The notes under the pieces: generated by a model
What the model saw: the letters and a program-made list of their open reading frames with translations, nothing else
Database searches by the model: none
Told to the model about the DNA's origin: nothing
Program-made: the position numbers and the translations under genes
Shown: positions 59,937 through 64,000 of the stretch, piece by piece
How positions within the stretch are numbered: position 1 is the first letter of the stretch
Layout of the letters: every line of letters starts with the position of its first letter
From: a bacterium
Lineage (GTDB): Bacteria > Acidobacteriota > Aminicenantia > Aminicenantales > Aminicenantaceae
DNA length: 64,000 bases
Direction of reading: 5' to 3'
Assembly (NCBI GenBank): GCA_018335295.1
Contig: JAGXKI010000006.1
Location: 4,443 to 68,442, forward strand

Positions 59937-61511
59937 TCAGTCTTTCCTGTAATGAGCCCCTCGGCTGACTGTATTGTTGAGGGCAGCGTTGGTGATGAGG
60001 ATAGCCACTTGAATCCCGTGCTTGAGACTCACAATTTTCTTATCCATCTTGGCCCCTTTATAAAATTTCTCTATCCGATGATACAAATAATCCAGATCGG
60101 CCTTGGCTCTCTCCAGACGCTTTTTCCGGCGTATTATCCCGGTATAATTCCACATGGTAGACCGTATGGATAACCAGTCTTGATTGATCAAAGCCGGGTC
60201 GATTTCCTCTTCTTTCTCTGGATAATACCATTCATGAATCTCAGAAGGTTTATAGGGTTTTTCAGGGTTAAAATGAGAGACAATGTTTCGAGCCGCCCTT
60301 TTTCCCCAAACCAGTCCCTCCAACAAGGAGGTGGATGCCAACCTGTTGGCTCCATGTAGCCCCGTACAAGAGACCTCCCCTACAGCATAGAGTCCTTTCA
60401 AGGAACTTCGGCCGTGAGTATTCACCAACACTCCTCCACAAGAGTAATGAGCGGCAGGAACCACAGGGATGGGTTCTTTGGTGATGTCCACATCGTATTT
60501 CAAACAGGTTTTATAGATGTTGGGGAATCTCTTCTTTACGTCCACTTGAGCGTAGGAAGCCAAGTCCAGATAAACATAATTGGAATTGCTGTGGGTCATT
60601 TCTTCATAAATGGCCCGGGCCACCTCATCGCGGGGAGCCAACTCTTTTTTTTCATTATAATTCTCCATAAAAGTCCGCCCGTCTTTGGTCTTCAGGCGCC
60701 CCCCTTCCCCTCGAACCGTTTCAGATATCAAAAATCCTTCCGCATCCCTATGAAAAAGAGAGGTGGGATGAAACTGAATGTATTCCATGTTTACGATCTT
60801 GGCTCCAGCCCGGTAGGCCATCGCATAGCCATCTCCGATGGTTTCCCTGGGGTTGGATGTATAGAGAAACACACGTCCGCAGCCCCCGGAAGCCAACACA
60901 GTATAAGGAGCAAAAATCGTTTTGACTTTTTTGCTCCGGTTATTCAATACATAGGCTCCAATGCACTGGGTATCTCTGTAATATGCAATGGGGTTCTTGG
61001 AATGGTGAGGAATGGTCAGCAGGTCCACAGCGGTATGGTCATTCAAAAGGGTGACGTTGGAATAGGATTGCAAAGCTCTGATAAATCTTTCTTCAATGGT
61101 CTTCCCTGTGGTATCTTTGACATGAAGAATCCGCCGTCGGGAATGCCCCGCTTCCTGAGCGTAATCTAGAGAATCCGGAGAACTTCGAGTGAAAGGAATA
61201 TTCAGCTTCTTCATCAACACTTCCTCCACAACCTTCTTTCCTTCTCTGGTCAAAACATCTACAGCCTCCGGATTGTTAATCCCGTCTCCGGTGCTGATAA
61301 TATCATCCTTTAAAAGCTCAGGACGGTCATCAAAACCCAAAGAAACGATGCCTCCTTGAGCGTAGTAAGTATTGGATTCTTCCAAAGGCACATTTTTGGT
61401 AATCACAATGACCTTCAATCCACTGTTGGCGGCTTCCAGGGCAGCACTGGCTCCTCCAATTCCACATCCAATCACCAATACATCTGTGTTCAAACTCAAT
61501 TTCTCATCCAT
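59937..61511 (-). CDS. nadB: L-aspartate oxidase
   Basis: GCGIGG, YAQGGI, EAGHSRRRILH, MEYIQFHPT, SETVRGEG, LAPRD, AHYSCGG, HGANRLASTSLLEG, SRGAH. Confidence 0.94.
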   Translation of the reverse strand: MDEKLSLNTDVLVIGCGIGGASAALEAANSGLKVIVITKNVPLEESNTYYAQGGIVSLGFDDRPELLKDDIISTGDGINNPEAVDVLTREGKKVVEEVLMKKLNIPFTRSSPDSLDYAQEAGHSRRRILHVKDTTGKTIEERFIRALQSYSNVTLLNDHTAVDLLTIPHHSKNPIAYYRDTQCIGAYVLNNRSKKVKTIFAPYTVLASGGCGRVFLYTSNPRETIGDGYAMAYRAGAKIVNMEYIQFHPTSLFHRDAEGFLISETVRGEGGRLKTKDGRTFMENYNEKKELAPRDEVARAIYEEMTHSNSNYVYLDLASYAQVDVKKRFPNIYKTCLKYDVDITKEPIPVVPAAHYSCGGVLVNTHGRSSLKGLYAVGEVSCTGLHGANRLASTSLLEGLVWGKRAARNIVSHFNPEKPYKPSEIHEWYYPEKEEEIDPALINQDWLSIRSTMWNYTGIIRRKKRLERAKADLDYLYHRIEKFYKGAKMDKKIVSLKHGIQVAILITNAALNNTVSRGAHYRKD

Positions 61512-61512
61512 T

Positions 61513-62346
61513 TCAACCCAAAAACTCCATGCTGATATCCATTGAATTATAGGAATGAGTAAGGCTTCCCACCGAAATATAATCCACTCCTAAAGAAGCG
61601 ATGGACCTCACCTGGGATAATTCCACATTCCCGGAAACTTCAAAAAGGACTTTTCCTCTCCCCCATTTCAAAACCTTCTCCATTTCCTCGAAAGACATAT
61701 TATCCAACATAACCATGTGGGCTCCACTTTGGACCGCTTCTTTCACTTCTTCGAGGCTGGAGGTTTCCACTTCTATCTTGATTCCCGATTGACCTCTTTT
61801 TTTGGCCCTTTGGACAGCTTCCCGGATACTCCCCACCACTTTAAGATGATTATCCTTGATGAGAACCATTTCCGAAAGATTAAACCGGTGATTCTTCCCC
61901 CCTCCTGTCTTGACCGCATATTTCTCCAGGATTCTTAATCCTGGAGTGGTCTTCCGGGTATCCAAAATCTGGGTGGAAGTTCCTTGAACTTCCTTATAAA
62001 ACTGGTGGGTGCGGGTGGCAATGCCGGACAACCTCTGCAGAAAATTAAGGGCCGTTCTTTCTCCTTTCAGAAGAGAAATAGAACTCCCTTCCAGCTGAAC
62101 CATCTGGTCCCCTTTTTCGAACTCCTTTCCATCTTCCCATAATCTTTTAAAATCAAGGGAGGGATCGATAAAGCGAAACACTCTTTCGGCCACTTCCAGG
62201 CCGGCAAGGACTCCCTTTTCCCTGGCTTCGATAAACGCTTTTGAGCGGTGATGAAGAGGAATGAGGCTCTCGGAAGTGATATCCCCTTCAGGCAAATCTT
62301 CCTTTACGGCGGCCTCCACCACCGAATCAATCCTATCCTTATCCAT
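61513..62346 (-). CDS. nadC: Nicotinate-nucleotide diphosphorylase (carboxylating)
   Basis: EDLPEGDIT, ERTALN, DTRKTTPG, HRFNL, IKDNH, EVE, MLDN, EVSGN; likely start ATG 62346 (the track uses TTG 62382, which is the -35 box). Confidence 0.94.
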   Translation of the reverse strand: MDKDRIDSVVEAAVKEDLPEGDITSESLIPLHHRSKAFIEAREKGVLAGLEVAERVFRFIDPSLDFKRLWEDGKEFEKGDQMVQLEGSSISLLKGERTALNFLQRLSGIATRTHQFYKEVQGTSTQILDTRKTTPGLRILEKYAVKTGGGKNHRFNLSEMVLIKDNHLKVVGSIREAVQRAKKRGQSGIKIEVETSSLEEVKEAVQSGAHMVMLDNMSFEEMEKVLKWGRGKVLFEVSGNVELSQVRSIASLGVDYISVGSLTHSYNSMDISMEFLG

Positions 62347-62353
62347 GAATAAA

Positions 62354-62382
62354 ATTATAGTTTTTTCTCTTTCCCCAGTCAA
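62354..62382 (-). promoter_or_regulatory. Sigma-70 promoter of nadC-nadB
   Basis: TTGACT-N17-TATAAT, 7 nt before the ATG, no SD. Confidence 0.75.
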
Positions 62383-62447
62383 CTTAGAAAAGAAGGTCCT
62401 CAGAACCGCAGGGGGTCTGATCTCTTCTTTTTAAATTTCTTTTCCCG

Positions 62448-62476
62448 TTGACATTCATAAAGAAAATTTTTTTAAT
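62448..62476 (+). promoter_or_regulatory. Sigma-70 promoter of the UPF0104-like gene
   Basis: TTGACA-N17-TTTAAT, 10 nt before ATG 62487. Confidence 0.7.
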
Positions 62477-62486
62477 AAACACAGGG

Positions 62487-63521
62487 ATGTTCAAAAAAAG
62501 ATTTTTTTATTTCCTTTTATCCATAGCCGTTTCTATCTTACTCCTCTGGTTCCTTTTATCTCAAATCGAGATTCAAGATTTGAAACAAACATTCTCCCAG
62601 ATTTATATGCCCGCCTTGTACGCTTTCATGGCTGTCTCTTTCATTTCCAGCCTCCTTCGGGCTTGGCGGTATCAAATCCTGCTTCCTCCCCGTTCCATCC
62701 ACTTTGGAAACATCTTTTTGGTCACTCTGATCCGGAATCTGTTTGTAGACCTTCTTCCAGCTCGAACCGGCTCTCTTTCTTATATCTATATCCTCAATAA
62801 AAGATTAAATTTTCCCTTTGAAGAAGCCACTTCCACCTTCATTCTCTCTGTAGTTTTTGACTTTTTGACCTTGAGTCCTTTCCTGGTCCTCTCTGTATTT
62901 GCGGTAGGCTTTGGTTCCACCGCTCTATCGGGAGTCCCGATACTCGGCTTATCCCTCCTGTTCTTCCTCCTCATCTTCATAATTTTTTGGAAAATAAGGA
63001 GTTTTTCTTCCTTTTTTCTCCGTTTTACTCATAAACTTTTAAAAATCTTGAGGTGGGAAGAAAAAAATTGGGCCCAAGTGGTTCTCCAGAAAATTCAAGG
63101 GGTCATCAATGACTTCCATCATATTCAAAAAAGAAGGATACATTGGAAAGTTTTTTCCGTATCCCTGTTTATTCGTCTGGCAAAATATGGCTCTCTTTAC
63201 CTCCTTCTCTTCTCACTTTTGAGGAACCAGGGTTTTTCCCTTGAAGAATTGAGTTTTTGGGCCACCATTCTGGGCATTACGGGAGCCGAATTATCCAGCG
63301 CCCTACCTATCAAAGGAATTGGGGGGTTTGGAACATGGGAATCAGCCTGGGCTTTAACTCTTCTCCTCCTCGGTTTTGAATCCCAAACCGCCATAATCTC
63401 CAGTGGAATCCACCTCATCAGCAACCTTTTTGAGTACTCTCTAGGAATAATCAGTATTTTAATCCTGGCCTTCCCTTTCATTTTCTTCCGGAAAAAATCC
63501 TCTCCCCAAAAAAATTCCTAA
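62487..63521 (+). CDS. Lysylphosphatidylglycerol synthase TM-like / UPF0104 (flippase-like) membrane protein
   Basis: RAWRYQILL, NLFVDLLPARTG, ERxxD-like SVVFD, LPIKGIGGFGTWE; likely start 62487. Confidence 0.8.
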   Translation: MFKKRFFYFLLSIAVSILLLWFLLSQIEIQDLKQTFSQIYMPALYAFMAVSFISSLLRAWRYQILLPPRSIHFGNIFLVTLIRNLFVDLLPARTGSLSYIYILNKRLNFPFEEATSTFILSVVFDFLTLSPFLVLSVFAVGFGSTALSGVPILGLSLLFFLLIFIIFWKIRSFSSFFLRFTHKLLKILRWEEKNWAQVVLQKIQGVINDFHHIQKRRIHWKVFSVSLFIRLAKYGSLYLLLFSLLRNQGFSLEELSFWATILGITGAELSSALPIKGIGGFGTWESAWALTLLLLGFESQTAIISSGIHLISNLFEYSLGIISILILAFPFIFFRKKSSPQKNS

Positions 63522-63628
63522 CCTGGATTACAACCCTAAATTTTTCATAAAAAGCCGAGAACCTTAACTTAATAAAATGAAAACTCAACAAACCCCTTGC
63601 AGGATGACTTCTTTTTTGCTTTTTCCTG

Positions 63629-63657
63629 TTGGGACGTCCCTAAAAATCTGCTATATT
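63629..63657 (+). promoter_or_regulatory. Candidate sigma-70 promoter of the tldD-like gene
   Basis: TTGGGA-N17-TATATT, 6 nt before ATG 63664, no SD. Confidence 0.55.
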
Positions 63658-63663
63658 ATTTTT

Positions 63664-64000
63664 ATGGAGAAAATCACTACAAATACACTTAACTTTGAAG
63701 ACCATTTCCAGCTGCCTTCCTCCAAACTGTATGGAATCCTGAAGAAAGGACTTTCCAAAGGGGGAGATTTTTCCGAGATATTCCTCGAATACAGGATCAA
63801 TCATTCCATCAACATGGAAGAAAACATCATCAAAGACACAGGTGAAAGCATCGCTCAAGGTTTGGGAATCAGGGTGATATGCGGAGAAAAAACAGGGTAT
63901 GGTTTCACCAATGATCTTTCCTTCAAAAAAATAAAGGATACCGCTATAACCGCCGGGTCCCTCGCAGCGGGATCCCCTCCAAAAAATATCCCGGTTCCGC
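63664..64000 (+). CDS. tldD: TldD/PmbA family metalloprotease, 3' end runs off the window
   Basis: Not in the track (open at the edge). Manual translation: MEKITTNTLNFEDHF...LSKGGDFSEIFLEYR...MEENIIK...GLGIRVICGEKTGYGFTND. Confidence 0.85.
   Translation, partial: MEKITTNTLNFEDHFQLPSSKLYGILKKGLSKGGDFSEIFLEYRINHSINMEENIIKDTGESIAQGLGIRVICGEKTGYGFTNDLSFKKIKDTAITAGSLAAGSPPKNIPVP

Noticed and set aside
59937-62346. nadA missing from the nadC-nadB unit
   Set aside because: nadA is commonly unlinked; uninformative without the rest of the genome.

Overview
64 kb of AT-rich (roughly 40% GC by eye) bacterial chromosome from a diderm anaerobe (PFOR, a glycyl-radical enzyme, an anaerobic sulfatase maturase, many lipoproteins). 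The style is suggestive of Ca. Aminicenantes/Acidobacteriota, but this is inference only. Housekeeping content: dnaX-ybaB-recR, ileS-lspA-lgt-rluD, nadC-nadB, porCDAB, a PPi-type pfk, a stand-alone nuoJKLMN, tRNA-fMet, tRNA-Ser(GGA) and RNase P RNA. No CRISPR array, transposase or prophage was seen. The most striking feature is an apparent collagen/hydroxyproline utilisation system spread across the window. It combines (i) a trans-4-Hyp dehydratase HypD with its activase, (ii) a Cys/Thr-type trans-3-Hyp dehydratase plus a pyrroline-2-carboxylate reductase candidate, (iii) eight peptidase genes, including Xaa-Pro aminopeptidase and two DPP-IV-family enzymes, (iv) POT and NSS transporters and ornithine aminotransferase, (v) a lipoprotein resembling the Bacteroides collagen adhesin Cbp1, and (vi) a GntR regulator with a candidate palindromic operator. 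Other oddities: the RNase P RNA 5' end is also the last 30 codons of a sigma-54 regulator, several genes look leaderless, and a 9-bp degenerate non-coding array lies upstream of ileS.
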